Source: Enoplolaimus lenunculus
Taxonomy: Eukaryota
DNA: 64,000 nt
Assembly (NCBI GenBank): GCA_030248215.1
Contig: JASANG010003130.1
Span: 310,001-374,000 of the forward strand
Direction of reading: 5' to 3'
The position numbers were made by a program, and so were the translations under genes. A model generated the notes under the pieces. The model was given only the letters and a program-made list of their open reading frames with translations. It searched no databases and had not been told where the DNA came from. Positions 1 through 13,200 of the stretch are shown here, piece by piece (the first letter of the stretch is position 1; each line of letters opens with the position of its first letter).

Positions 1-520
1 ATTTTCGGTCGCTTTATTCGAGATAGAAGTGTATACAAGTGTTTACAGCGGATGGGACGGGGATATATCCACTTCTGAATCGTCTCTGAACACGATTAAC
101 ATGGTTTTTGTACAGGGTACAGAATATCTTGCCGTTTAAGTCTAGGGTACAGTCAAGAGTTTATTTTAGGAATAAATAACTGTAAGGTTTTTTGCGTGAT
201 TTTGATTACTTTTTAGTATTTATACTTTTTTTGATTTTTCGAAGAATATCATATATTTATGTTCCAGACACACCACTACTTTACGTAATATCGCGAAAGT
301 TTGTCGCCCAATAACTCGTCGACCAACAAGTTGTAATCCATAATTTCATCGACTCGACAATTCGTCACCCATCAGTATGCTTAGGCTTAGAATTATGCTT
401 AATTACACGTAGATTTATACACAAGCTTTAAGACGCTGTTGGGCGTCTAGTTGACCGACGACAAATTCCAAATTCCTTTAGATACCCATAGCATAAGTAA
501 CATTATATAATCGCATATAC

Positions 521-835
521 CAAGAGTGGATGATCACGAACAAGAGTATGCAGCTGTTGGATTTCACGTGGTACAAAAAGCACCATCACGCGTTGCATTT
601 TTGCTGTACCCCCCTTATGTTGAGGGGGTCAATATCCCATGATATAATTATTCTATAGTTTATACGGGGAACTTTTTGGAATGGCATATTATGTTTTTTT
701 CGCTCTGTGCAAATTTCAACACCCTATAAATAAGGAAGGGTCGGCCAAAAACGCAACGTTCGCCTGGTACATTGTTTTGTACACAAAATGTACCCAGTTG
801 CACCCTGTTGTTATGTTATATATCATCCACTCTTG
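521..835. mobile_element. MITE with 13-bp perfect TIR
   Basis: caagagtggatga ... tcatccactcttg. Confidence 0.7.
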
Positions 836-1864
836 CTAATACTAATAACTTAGTTGTACAGAACAAGGAATAACCGTAATTATTTGTTTTTGAATACAAA
901 TTTTATAATTAAAGGTCTTTAAACAATTTTCAGTATGAGGGTCACAAGAACGTTAACTTTGAACATGGATCGATCCAACTCAAACTTTTAAATACAGCTA
1001 TACTTTGAATTGATTTAGCTTTATTATCCTGCTTGAGTGAAAATCTTGTCTTTAAGTTTCAAAGTGAACGACATTAATTTGTACACGCCATCTCCGGATT
1101 TTTATGCTCAGGTATAAATCCTCGGGCCCGTAGCCAGACGGGCATCAGGATGACTCAGCTTCCCCCAGAAGAATTTTGTCTCCCTAGAAAAGTGTCAACC
1201 TTGCTTATAACGCTAGTATACCGTCATGAAATATGTTTTGCGCCTTTGGAAAGCTGAGCTGACTCCGAACTGATGATCATATCCAAGTTTCTTTGTGAAA
1301 AATTGACAAAAGCAAAATTTTTTAAAGATCATTACATGCCAGGACTCTGTCACTCAGCTTTTTCCAGTTGCGTCTCCGTCGATGGCGAATTCAAATTTGC
1401 TTGCGGTCCTGGTTGGACAGCTGTGTTGAGGGGCGGAACATTTTTCTGCGTGACTGAAACAATAAGATTATGCTTTAGGCTTATTTTTTGTATAATTTTT
1501 TTGTACGGTTAGGCATAGGCTTAGGAATATGCTTATACAACTGTTACGGCCCTTTTCTATACAATGACCCTGAAACGATTAAGTGTGCTGGACACGACTA
1601 ATATCTGCCGATTTATAGAACTTTTTATAATAGATCAAATGTAATTCTGTGTTAGTATTCAAGCCGATGAAAATAAAGCCTAAACGTGGCACGACCTATT
1701 TACCTGATTGTACGATAGATTTCTGTACAGTTAATATATTATACGTATACGTCATTTGGATTAGCAGTAGACTTATTTCTGGCTGTATATTTTATGATTT
1801 GAATAATAGATATTTAGTTTTATAAAATATAATTAAGTAAGTTCCTTAATTAAATTGTAGCTTA

Positions 1865-2600
1865 AAGCCCTATTCACACTTGCAAGTTTTTGCAGCAAAA
1901 CTTCCAGGTACAAATTTGGTCACAAAGCAACTTTGAAGTTCTTGCAGCTTAAATTATTCGCTGGAATTCATGCTATTGAATTTAATTCGCACTTGTGAAC
2001 GCAGTTGCAAGTCGCTTGAATTTCTTGCACCTGGTGTTTGATTGGTCAATCGAAATGTTCCTTTAAAAATATATACATGCAGCTACAAGTATTTCGTGCA
2101 ACTTGCAGCTTCGAGTTCTCGAAGCCAAAACTTGCACGTGTGAGTGGGACTTCAAATGTAGTTCCTTCGATAAATCCAACAAAATTGAATATCTCCTCCG
2201 ATTTTGACTCAAATTAATTCGGGTTGAAAACTTCCTGTCGAATTCTTAAACTTACTGTAAACTACCGTGAACAATTAAAGCACCATTCACTCGTGCAAGT
2301 TTTTGCACGCGAGAACTCGCAGCTGCAACTTGCGCAAAACACTTGCAGCAGCAAGTATTTTCAAACGAACATTCCGATTGACCAATCAAAGTGCAGGTGC
2401 AAAAATTCAAGCGACTACAACTGCGTTCACAGGTGCGAATTAAATTTAATAAAATGAATTCCATGTTTTAATAATTTGCTGCTTCAAGAACTTTAAAGCT
2501 GCTTTCGTTACCAAACTTGCACATGCAAGTTGCACGTGCAAATTTTTGCTGCAAAACCTTGCACGTGTGACGCAAAAACTTGCACGTGTGAATGGGGCTT
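1865..2600. mobile_element. Two copies of an about 290-320 bp Harbinger-like MITE in inverted orientation
   Basis: 1865-2152 and the reverse complement of 2278-2600 align along their length. Each has TIRs of the form agcccc/tattcacac.tgcaagtttt. Confidence 0.75.
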
Positions 2601-3388
2601 GACAGTTTCCACTTGCTATGCGCCAAGGTTGTAATATGTATGTTTTGGAGATGAACGAATTAGACTTGAACTTTGCGCAGCATTGCGCGTAATGCCAAAA
2701 AGTAATTTTTATAAAACGTCCAGTACCGCGTGCTGCCACTATGCCGTCTACAGAACATCTAAAATTCATTTTTATTTGTGTCTCAAAACGCCGCGCCGGC
2801 AGTGATCGGCGACATCTGACGACGCAAGATTATTGGCTGTGAATATGCGACGCCGCGCGGCGTTGGGCTGTAGGGAATAGTATAGCGGAACTCTCTACAC
2901 ATTGATGTTTACCAGTGGCGAACCCATGAGCGATGGGTGTATTGTATCTACCTACGAGCCCTGTCGTGTTCAAAATTTTGCTAATGGCTTGATATGAAGC
3001 TTAAAACGTGTTTTCTAGGTGAACACCTAAAACATGATGGAAATGTAACACGAGTTCAAAACGTTTGCACCATTGGTGCAATTTTGTAAATTTTAAAATC
3101 TCGATATAATTTGGAAACACAAAATGTATCTTCGCTACCACCCCGAAATTCCTGGATCCGCCGTTGATGTTCAATCAGCAAATTATAATCGGGGGCTCAT
3201 ATTCTCAAAGGCAATACTGAGCGTCTGTCGCCTGTTGGCGGTAATTTTTCAAACAAACCAAATTTTGCGATTGCCAAACTGTCAAAGTCGGTATAGAAGT
3301 TTGACATTCAGTGGCTCAGTGGGTACTACACATTTGTGAATACGAGCCGTTATGCTTTGCAAAACTCATATATTTTGTTAGAAAATTT

Positions 3389-3540
3389 GGCCAATGTAAA
3401 GAACAGGGGCGGTACAGCAATTAAGCATATTCCTAAGCCTAAGCCTAAGCCTAAACAAAAAAGTTAGTCTATAAAAGCTTAAACTGACTGTATTACAGCT
3501 CCGGCGGATAACGATCCGGCCCTGTTCTATACATAGACCG
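3389..3540. mobile_element. About 150-bp MITE carrying (GCCTAA/TTAGGC)n
   Basis: Imperfect TIRs ggccaatgtaaagaacagggg ... gccctgttctatacatagacc with internal cctaagcctaagcctaagcctaa. Reverse copy at 61866-62012; partial copies at about 1420-1570, 16830-16870, 19260-19440, 19930-20050 and 47180-47235. Confidence 0.7.
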
Positions 3541-3584
3541 AAAATTCATACAATTCTTAATATTGCAGAAATTTTATTGCAGCA

Positions 3585-6500
3585 ATGGCGACACTGAACA
3601 CGCAAGCTTCGTCTAGTGTTCCATGCAGTCCAACGCCTGAAGATCCTAATCCAAAACCGTTCCACCGTACCAAATGCTCGAAGTTACCAGCATCACATTC
3701 AAAGGAAAAATCGTCTTTACGGAACGTTTTTGTTGTGCTATGCGGGGTGTTAGCAGCATCAGGTTGGCTCTCAGTGTACCAGCTGCTTGTAACCGAACGG
3801 TGTCCGGATAGTCATCGCCTTAATGACACGCTGACTGGAGCAGCGGAACCAAGCAGAAGTTTGTGTCGTAAAACTTGCAGGTATGCATGTCATATTAATT
3901 AGGGCCCCGCATTCAGGAAGACTTGAGAAACGCAGAACAGCCAAGTATGGTTCTTGTCTCGCAAGTTTTGGGCATACTATCCGATTACATTATCTACGTG
4001 TGCCCAATTCAAATTTTTCGTGTAGTTCTAATCATGTTCGGCTCACTGCGGGTTTGTGTACGAGACGTAACTCATACTTTACTCCTTTGCTATTGCTGCG
4101 TCCATTCGTCCCTGTTTGCCGACGAGAATCTCAGGAACCAATGAACGGATTTTGATAAAACTGTTTTTGTATGAAAACTTATTATCCTGGGGTGTTAGCC
4201 TCGCATTGCGCTTTTAAAATAAGCCGTTTATGAGCTGCAGGCTAATTTGCGTAATCGGTTAAGCCTAAATTAGTTTTTTACAATATTTGACTAATTATTG
4301 AGGTTACAAGCAATTTAATTTAAGTGATGAAGGGTATTGTTTGTGACGAGACTGAATAAACTGTTTGCAAACCTCAAATGTGGTAATTGAATAATTAGCT
4401 AATAGCTTCTTTTCCCTGATTACTAGGGTTACTGAAGGGTTTCTTGTGAGAGTAATTCAAAGAAATTGCTTGTAACCCTCCAAAACCGATTGATGCATGG
4501 TGAGCTTATAACTAAAGTTGCATATTAGCTTTATTGGAAGCGGGTCAAACTGTTCATTTGTGTTTTATAAGCTTGGAATGTTTAACTAGACTGATTAAAA
4601 CGTATTTTCGAGCGTCGCATCAATATATTTAGTTCCACTTCGACCGGTAATTAATTAATAAGAGCCTTACAACACAGTGCAAAAACGCGTTATTTTTGAT
4701 TCCAGAGAAAATAGATTTTGCTGCTTTTGAAACCTTTATATTTATTAATTTTAGGATTGAAGTGGTCGAAAGCATTCCAGAAAATATTACATTCCCAACA
4801 GGTCCACTGCCTCGATCCACTTACTACGCATGGCGACAATTGATCAATACAGCTACGTCAGAGATCGATATTGCAGCGTATAAAAGTTCACTTCGAGGCA
4901 AGCATGTGCTCAATGAACCGAGTGCGAGCAGTTTACCGGTAAGAAATATCATATTTCGAAAGCTATGAGCTGGTTTCATATTTTCAATTTGTGTATTACC
5001 TAAACACCAGTTGGTAGTATGTCTCGTTACTTTCAAACCAGTGAATGATGAGGCTCAAAATTCGCAACACATTTCGCATGTGATTTTTTCTATCGTGTAC
5101 AAATTTTCAGTTCAACAACTGTTATAGATAGTGCATATGAAAACTTATCACAAACTGATAATATTTGGTATACATATTTGTTAATATTCGCCCTGATGTT
5201 TATTTTGTTACTTGGTTCGTATAACGACAGCCTTTATTTCAACATGAAAGTAGGGCTAAGCGATGTTTTTCTTGAGTAATCGTTACACAGACCTGAAAAT
5301 GTGAGCCGTATCAATGGCCAGATTAGAGCAACAGGGTATCCTCCAGTTGATTTGAGGCAGACCGAAAAAGAATAGCACTACAATTAAATGTAGAGTAGCG
5401 ATTTGCCTTAAATCACCTGGAAACGTCCTTCCTCAGGTGCTCTAGTCGATAGGCGCGTTTGGCATTTTTGGGCCTCTTTGTGAATGTCAGGGTCAATCGA
5501 ATGTAAATTTTGTCGAAAGCGGAATTGGAATCGGAATCAACTTGTTTGCCGCAACCGAAATCGGAATCGGAGTCGGAATTTAAGTTTTAGTATTCGATTA
5601 AAAAGTAAAGTGTATGACTTTTGACTTTTGTTGCAGTATGTATGTAGTTTTTCAGTTTTCAATAAAAGTTGCTTGTATAGCTGATTGTGTTAGAGATCGA
5701 CGTACGCTGTATATAAAGCTTGCGAAATTAATGGACGCTCACCATTTCTTGGAGCAGCCTGCCAGTTCTCAGAGCACTAAATCAGCTTAGCCTTTATTTT
5801 TACACTTAGGTTTATAACTAAGTTTAGGTATAGGTTTAGTGGCACGAGCGGATCCAAAGCGGGGCGCACCTCGCCTACCTCAGAAAATTTTTGTGATAAA
5901 CGATAAGGTCTCGCCTACCTTACAATTTTCACCGTCAGAAAATTTTCAGACATATAGCATAATAATTGCGTTTCATAACTTTTGCCACGCCACTCGTCGT
6001 CAGAAATTTCTGGTTCTGTCGCTGTTTAGAAGGCAGGTTATTATAATTAACGAGACACAATTTTAGGGTGAAAAAATATTTGACTATCTTGTTGCCGCTG
6101 GTCGGGATCGAGGAGTCAACATTCGAATGGTTGAAAACTATCCGTCAAAAGATCCTGGAGACAACGCTGACGGTCAAAGCTTACAAAGACGAGGTATAGA
6201 GACATTGCAATTTAAACTTAATGTGACATCCACTTTTATAGTTGCGAACATAGTATGTGGAAGTTGGGCGACACGTTTTCCCCAATACTGTTTTGGAAAA
6301 CAAGGGCAAATGGAAATTGAATTTCTAAAAAATTTCAATGTCGCACTGCTGGTTATGAAATGTTTCTTCAGTTTACCACTTGCCACTGTTTTACAAGTTC
6401 AGTTTTCCTTTGCCTCTGTTTTCTAAAACAGTATTGAAAAAAAGGCGTCGCTATTTTCCACATACTTGGCGCAACTAAAAGCGGATGTGGTGCGTAATCG

Positions 6501-7158
6501 GTACAAAATATTACAACATAAATAATTTTCAACGACCAGCCTGTGTAATTTAACAATCGCACGATGGTCGTACTGAAAATTTGATTTTGCTTAGGTTACA
6601 AACCTTAATTCGTTTAATTTGTTGGTTATTTTTGCGGTTTAATGTTTTCTATTAATGCCAAGTGATTGTTTTGTTAATACAGGTGCTGTAGAAAGCCGAC
6701 CGCTTAACTATGGCGAAATGTTTGGAACGGGTGCGATGCATTCCAAATTTATAGTTGTGGATCAAAAACACTTTTATCTTGGTTCAGCAAATTTAGATTG
6801 GCGTTCGCTTAGCCAAGTAGGTTTCGTTTTAAACCTGAAAACAAAGTAGTATGGATCACTATGATTATTGAATGTTAACACAGGCGTAAAATTTAGCATT
6901 GGGCAACAGTATGTAATATATTAAAGGTAGGATATATAGAAAAACGCTTACTGTAAACAATTTCCTAGTACAATGCCCACCTCACATTACCTTTTCTAAT
7001 GTCATGACGCCCAAGACCTTCGTCGCCTCCCGAGAATAATGAAAAATGAAAAATGTACCTTACGTGCTTCAAAATCTTGTGGATCTTCGAGTGTAACAAA
7101 ATAGTACAGCTCGGTTGTAAAAATGGTTTAAGGTTATATAAATAAATAAATGAATGAA

Positions 7159-7201
<43 letters not shown>

Positions 7202-10200
7202 ATATATATAAATATATGTAACATGGCGAAATAAAATTATGGCTACGGCTCTGCTCTTCACAAACCAAAATCCTGGCTACCACTAGTTTTACAATATCTT
7301 TAGTATTACTGATATTGAAATTTTTGAAATTTAAAATCAAAATCATTCCTCTGTAACCAAATGGCAATTGTACTATTTTAGAAAATGGAGCTTGGTGTGT
7401 TGGTAACCAATTGTCCATGCCTGGCATCAGATATGAAAAAAGTATTCAACACATACTGGACGCTGACACAATCTAGCGGCACCCGGGACAGTTCCGACCC
7501 CAAAAAACACGACCCAGAGAGTGTATTTCCACCACCGCATGCAGAAACAGTTGTTCGTGACGATACAACAATCAACCGACAACAGCCGCTTCGACTCAAT
7601 ATTGACGGAGTTGAAACCGAAGCGTATTTAGCGGTTAGTTCATTGATGTCACCGCACGTTCAGAAGCGTCGAGTTTATGCTCAGAGCAGAATGGCTGGTA
7701 TATTTTGAATTTCCCCGCGGCAGCTGCCAAACCGGACCATGGTCGTGAAAAAGTTTTGTTTCAAAACGGTTTCTGCACAGATTGTTGTAGTTGCATCGGA
7801 TCTGATGCATCATTTTTCCGGAATGAATGGACCTGTCGTATTGAATGGGCCTATGTGATTAGTTTTAGGGTATGTATTCTCAAATGAGTATGTAGCACGT
7901 GTAACAAAATGATGATAGATCTTGCAGCTTCGAACTGGTTGCAGCGCATGTTTGCATTTAACGTAACTTATTTTTGCGCCAAAATTGAGATTCACTATTG
8001 TAGAAGTTTGGTAGTTTCAAAACTTATTGCTAGGTGATAAGTGCGATACGCAAGAAATCCACCACGGCCCCCAAAGTCTGCTGGTGCCCCCCCAAATAGA
8101 CTCGGTCTAAAACTAAACAATCTTGAATTGCAATTGTCAGGGATCGCAGAGCAGGAATGCGCGACAATGAATGTAGGTGTTTATTTTCAGACTTCGCCAC
8201 AATACTTGAACAGTCCCGGACGAACGTGGGATCTTGATGCCATTCTAAGTGTCATTGACAACGCTCAGGAATTCTTGTATATTCATGTGATGGACTACAT
8301 TCCAATGACTGTGTATCAAGAACCTCAACAGTAAGCATTCACACTAATGTTTTTTGGCATAATTTAATTTTGCGAAGCCAAACTCCGAACCAAGAGCTCG
8401 GAGTTTCGCGATTTTTTATGTCTTGTACTCGGTAGTCGAAAGGTGGAAGTCCGTCCGTCTGTCCGTACGAAAAAAACTCAGGCACCCCTGAACCGATTTG
8501 GATAAACATTTTTGTTTGAAGGCCTATAATCCAGGGGTGTTAACCTCGCATTGGCGTTTTAAAATTTTAAGCTGTTTAATAGCTACATGTTAATTTGCAT
8601 GAACGGTTAGGCCGAAATTAGGACTTTTTACACTTTTTCACTAATTATTATGATCATACCAAGCAATCTAATTTTAGTCCTAAACGGTTTTTGGCTAACA
8701 GGAAGGTGAATAAATTGTTTACAAACCTTTAAAACTGATAAATGAATAGTTAGCTAATAACTGATTTGCATATTAGCTTAATTGCTTGAGTATATTCAAC
8801 TTCGCGCAATACATATAGTCCCACTACAACTGGTTATCCTTTGACGCAATGCAGTGTTAAAACTCTTCAGAACTCATTGTTTTCTTGTATAAAATCAAAT
8901 ATTAGCTAAACCAACATTTAAAATAGGTCACATGATTTTGGTTTTGCTTAATCTTACTCAACACTGACAAATTTATATTATAAAATTTTAAGCTAAGTTG
9001 ATTATTTGAATTACTAAAAGTGTATCCCCTATAATTAGAATAAATTCTTTTAAATACTAACCCTGATGAAGGTCCAGATATGATATTTCTTTATCGAATT
9101 ATTCTTGCATGTTTTTGAAATATTAAGTGGCATTGCTGTTGTATCTTTTCCCCCAAATAATTAAGGCTAATTCTGAGACACACCGGTATATTCAATCCTT
9201 TTCGTAGACCTGAGCCTAAAACTGCTCGAGGACAAAATATACAGGCGTCCTGTTACTCATATTTGTATATTTTTGAAATGTAAATCTCAGTCTGCTGTAG
9301 AACAAAATATACAGGCGTCCAGTTACTCATATTTGTATATTTTGAAATGTAAGTCTCAGCCTGCTGGAGAACTAAATATACAGGCGTCCAGTTACTCATA
9401 TTTGTATATTTTTGAAATGTAAGTCTCAGTCTGCTGTAGAACAAAATATACAGGCGTCCAGTTACTCATATTTGTATATTTTTGAAATGTAAATGTCAGG
9501 TTGCTGGAGAACAAAATATACAGGCATCCTGCTACTCATATTTGTATTTTTTTAAAAGTTTCAGCCTGCTGGAGGACAAAATATACAGGCGTCCAGTTAC
9601 TCATATTTGTATATTTTTGAAATGTAAATGTCAGGCTGCTGGAGAACAAAATATACAGGCGTCCAGTTACTCATATTTGTATATTTTTGAAACGTAAATG
9701 TCAGGTTGCTGGAGAACAAAATATACAGGCGTCCTGCTACTCATATTTGTATTTTTTTAAAAGTTTCAGCCTGGTGGAGGACAAAATATACAGGCGTCCA
9801 GTTACTCATATTTGTATATTTTTGAAATGTAAATGTCAGGCTGCTGGAGAACAAAATATACAGGCGTCCAGTTACTCATATTTGTATATTTTTGAAATGT
9901 AAATGTCAGCCTGCTGGAGAACAAAATATACAGGCGTCCAGTTACTCATATTTGTATATTTTTGAAATGTAAATGTCAGGCTGCTGGAGAACAAAATATA
10001 CAGGCGTCCAGTTACTCATATTTGTATATTTCTGAAGTGTAAATGTCAGGTTGCTGGAGAACAAAATATACAGGCGTCCTGCTACTCATATTTGTATTTT
10101 TTTAAAAGTTTCAGCCTGCTGGAGGACAAAATATACAGGCGTCCAGTTACTCATATTTGTATATTTTTGAAATGTAAATGTCAGGCTGCTGGAGAACAAA

Positions 10201-13200
10201 ATATACAGGCGTCCAGTTACTCATATTTGTATATTTTTGAAATGTAAATGTCAGGTTGCTGGAGAACAAAATATACAGGCGTCCTGCTACTCATATTTGT
10301 ATTTTTTTAAAAGTTTCAGCCTGCTGGAGGACAAAATATACAGGCGTCCAGTTACTCATATTTGTATATTTTTGAAATGTAAATGTCAGGCTGCTGGAGA
10401 ACAAAATATACAGGCGTCCAGTTACTCATATTTGTATATTTTTGAGATGTAAATGTCAGGCTGCTGGAGAACAAAATATACAGGCGTCCAGTTACTCATA
10501 TTTGTATATTTTTGAAATGTTAATGTCAGGCTGCTGGAGAACAAAATATACAGGCGTCCAGTTACTCATATTTGTATATTTTTGAAATGTAAATGTCAGG
10601 CTGCTGGAGAACAAAATATACAGGCGTCCAGTTACTCATATTTGTATATTTTTGAAATGTAAATGTCAGGCTGCTGGAGAACAAAATATACAGGCGTCCA
10701 GTTACTCATATTTGTATATTTTTGAAATGTAAATGTCAGGCTGCTGGAGAACAAAATATACAGGCGTCCAGTTACTCATATTTGTATATTTTTGAAATGT
10801 AAATGTCAGGCTGCTGGAGAACAAAATATACAGGCGTCCAGTTACTCATATTTGTATATTTTTGAAATGTAAATGTCAGGCTGCTGGAGAACAAAATATA
10901 CAGGCGTCCAGTTACTCATATTTGTATATCTTGAAATGTAAGTCTCAGCCTGCTGGAGGACAAAATATACAGGCGTCCAGTTACTCATATTTGTATATTT
11001 TTGAAATGTAAATGTCAGGCTGCTGGAGAACAAAATATACAGGCGTCCAGTTACTCATATTTGTATATTTTTGAAATGTAAATGTCAGGCTGCTGGAGAA
11101 CAAAATATACAGGCGTCCAGTTACTCATATTTGTATATTTTTGAGATGTAAATGTCAGGCTGATGGAGAACAAAATATACAGGCGTCCAGTTACTCATAT
11201 TTGTATATTTTTGAAATGTTAATGTCAGGCTGCTGGAGAACAAAATATACAGGCGTCCAGTTACTCATATTTGTATATTTTTGAAATGTAAATGTCAGGC
11301 TGCTGGAGAACAAAATATACAGGCGTCCAGTTACTCATATTTGTATATTTTTGAAATGTAAATGTCAGGCTGCTGGAGAACAAAATATACAGGCGTCCAG
11401 TTACTCATATTTGTATATTTTTGAAATGTAAATGTCAGGCTGCTGGAGAACAAAATATACAGGCGTCCAGTTACTCATATTTGTATATCTTGAAATGTAA
11501 GTCTCAGCCTGCTGGAGGACAAAATATACAGGCGTCCAGTTACTCATATTTGTATATTTTTGAAATGTAAATGTCAGGCTGCTGGAGAACAAAATATACA
11601 GGCGTCCAGTTACTCATATTTGTATATCTTGAAATGTAAGTCTCAGCCTGCTGGAGGACAAAATATACAGGCGTCCAGTTACTCATATTTGTATATTTTT
11701 GAAATGTAAATGTCAGGCTGCTGGAGAACAAAATATACAGGCGTCCAGTTACTCATATTTGTATATTTTTGAAATGTTAATGTCAGGCTGCTGGAGAACA
11801 AAATATACAGGCGTCCAGTTACTCATATTTGTATATTTTTGAAATGTAAATGTCAGGCTGCTGGAGAACAAAATATACAGGCGTCCAGTTACTCATATTT
11901 GTATATTTTTGAAATGTAAATGTCAGGCTGCTGGAGAACAAAATATACAGGCGTCCAGTTACTCATATTTGTATATTTTTGAAATGTAAATGTCAGGCTG
12001 CTGGAGAACAAAATATACAGGCGTCCAGTTACTCATATTTGTATATCTTGAAATGTAAGTCTCAGCCTGCTGGAGGACAAAATATACAGGCGTCCAGTTA
12101 CTCATATTTGTATATCTTGAAATGTAAGTCTCAGCCTGCTGGAGGACAAAATATACAGGCGTTCAGTTACTCATATTTGTTATATTTTTGAAATGTTACC
12201 TTTCAGATATTGGCCAATAATCGATGACGCACTACGACGTGCAGCACTTGAACGCAACATTGAAGTAAAATTACTCGCCGCAGCATTACACTTTGTTCCT
12301 AAAATGCTTCATTTCTTACAATCACTCGCCAGTGTCAGCTACGCGGCGGCTCCAGGCAGCATTGATGTGGTAAGTTAATGAAATTTTTTTCAAACAAAAA
12401 TTTTTTAATAAAATTTAATTTATTATATTTCTTCTTAAAACTCACTGCAGTAAACATTTTTTTCTCGAACCAAACGGTACACGACATTTAGAAGATTAAG
12501 CGTTTAAATTTGCAAGCGCCGATGCTGGCCTCCTCTGTTATTAAGGGGGGGGATCGGCCGCTTAAAAGTCCTCATTCCCATTGACTAATCCAATGGTTAA
12601 ATTCGCTAGTCCATTATTAGATTAAATTCTGATGATTTGAATACCTCTGGACGCTCTAAAACATCGAATACGCACCAGCATGCAATATTTAGTGTGTAAA
12701 TTAAGAGTGCCTTATATGCTATATGGTGAGCCGGCGTAGGATATAATATTAATTCCTCTGAAGATCAGGATAACCATACGAGAGCACCGGTGAACGGTAC
12801 CACAGGGGTCTTGTTGATGGTTGTTCTAATTGGGACAAAGTTGCGATGAACAACACTTGTGCCCGTTTTAAACGAAGACAGCACAAACGAAAATGTTTTT
12901 ATTTTATTAATTTGTTTTTTCACTTCTAGCGTATCTTCAAAGTGCCAGTTATTACGGAATTCCAAACAATCATTGCACGTGACCGAAGAACACATAACAA
13001 ATTTATGGTTTCTGAGAACGAAGTTGTCATCGGTAAGAAAGAATGTTATTTTTAAATTTGTATTTAGTAGTCCCGAAAAGGATGTTAATTCAGTTACGGT
13101 TCTAGGTTCTCGACATTTTTAATTTTCGCTTTTTTAACATCGTGTGGGGTGATTTGCCCGTTCGATACGACATGTCCTATAAAAATTGTATATACCTTCT

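Noticed and set aside
6965..7427. Hydrophobic ORFs with IYLF repeats
   Set aside because: Translation of the (TAAA)n microsatellite, antisense to a PLD intron.
9225..12196. CRISPR-like array or repeated small ORFs
   Set aside because: Head-to-tail units with no unique spacers, no cas genes and a eukaryotic intron context; the ORFs are repeat translations.
12990..13016. Second PLD motif is HxKxxxxE rather than HKD
   Set aside because: This is the normal state in the PLD3/PLD4 subfamily, not an inactivation.
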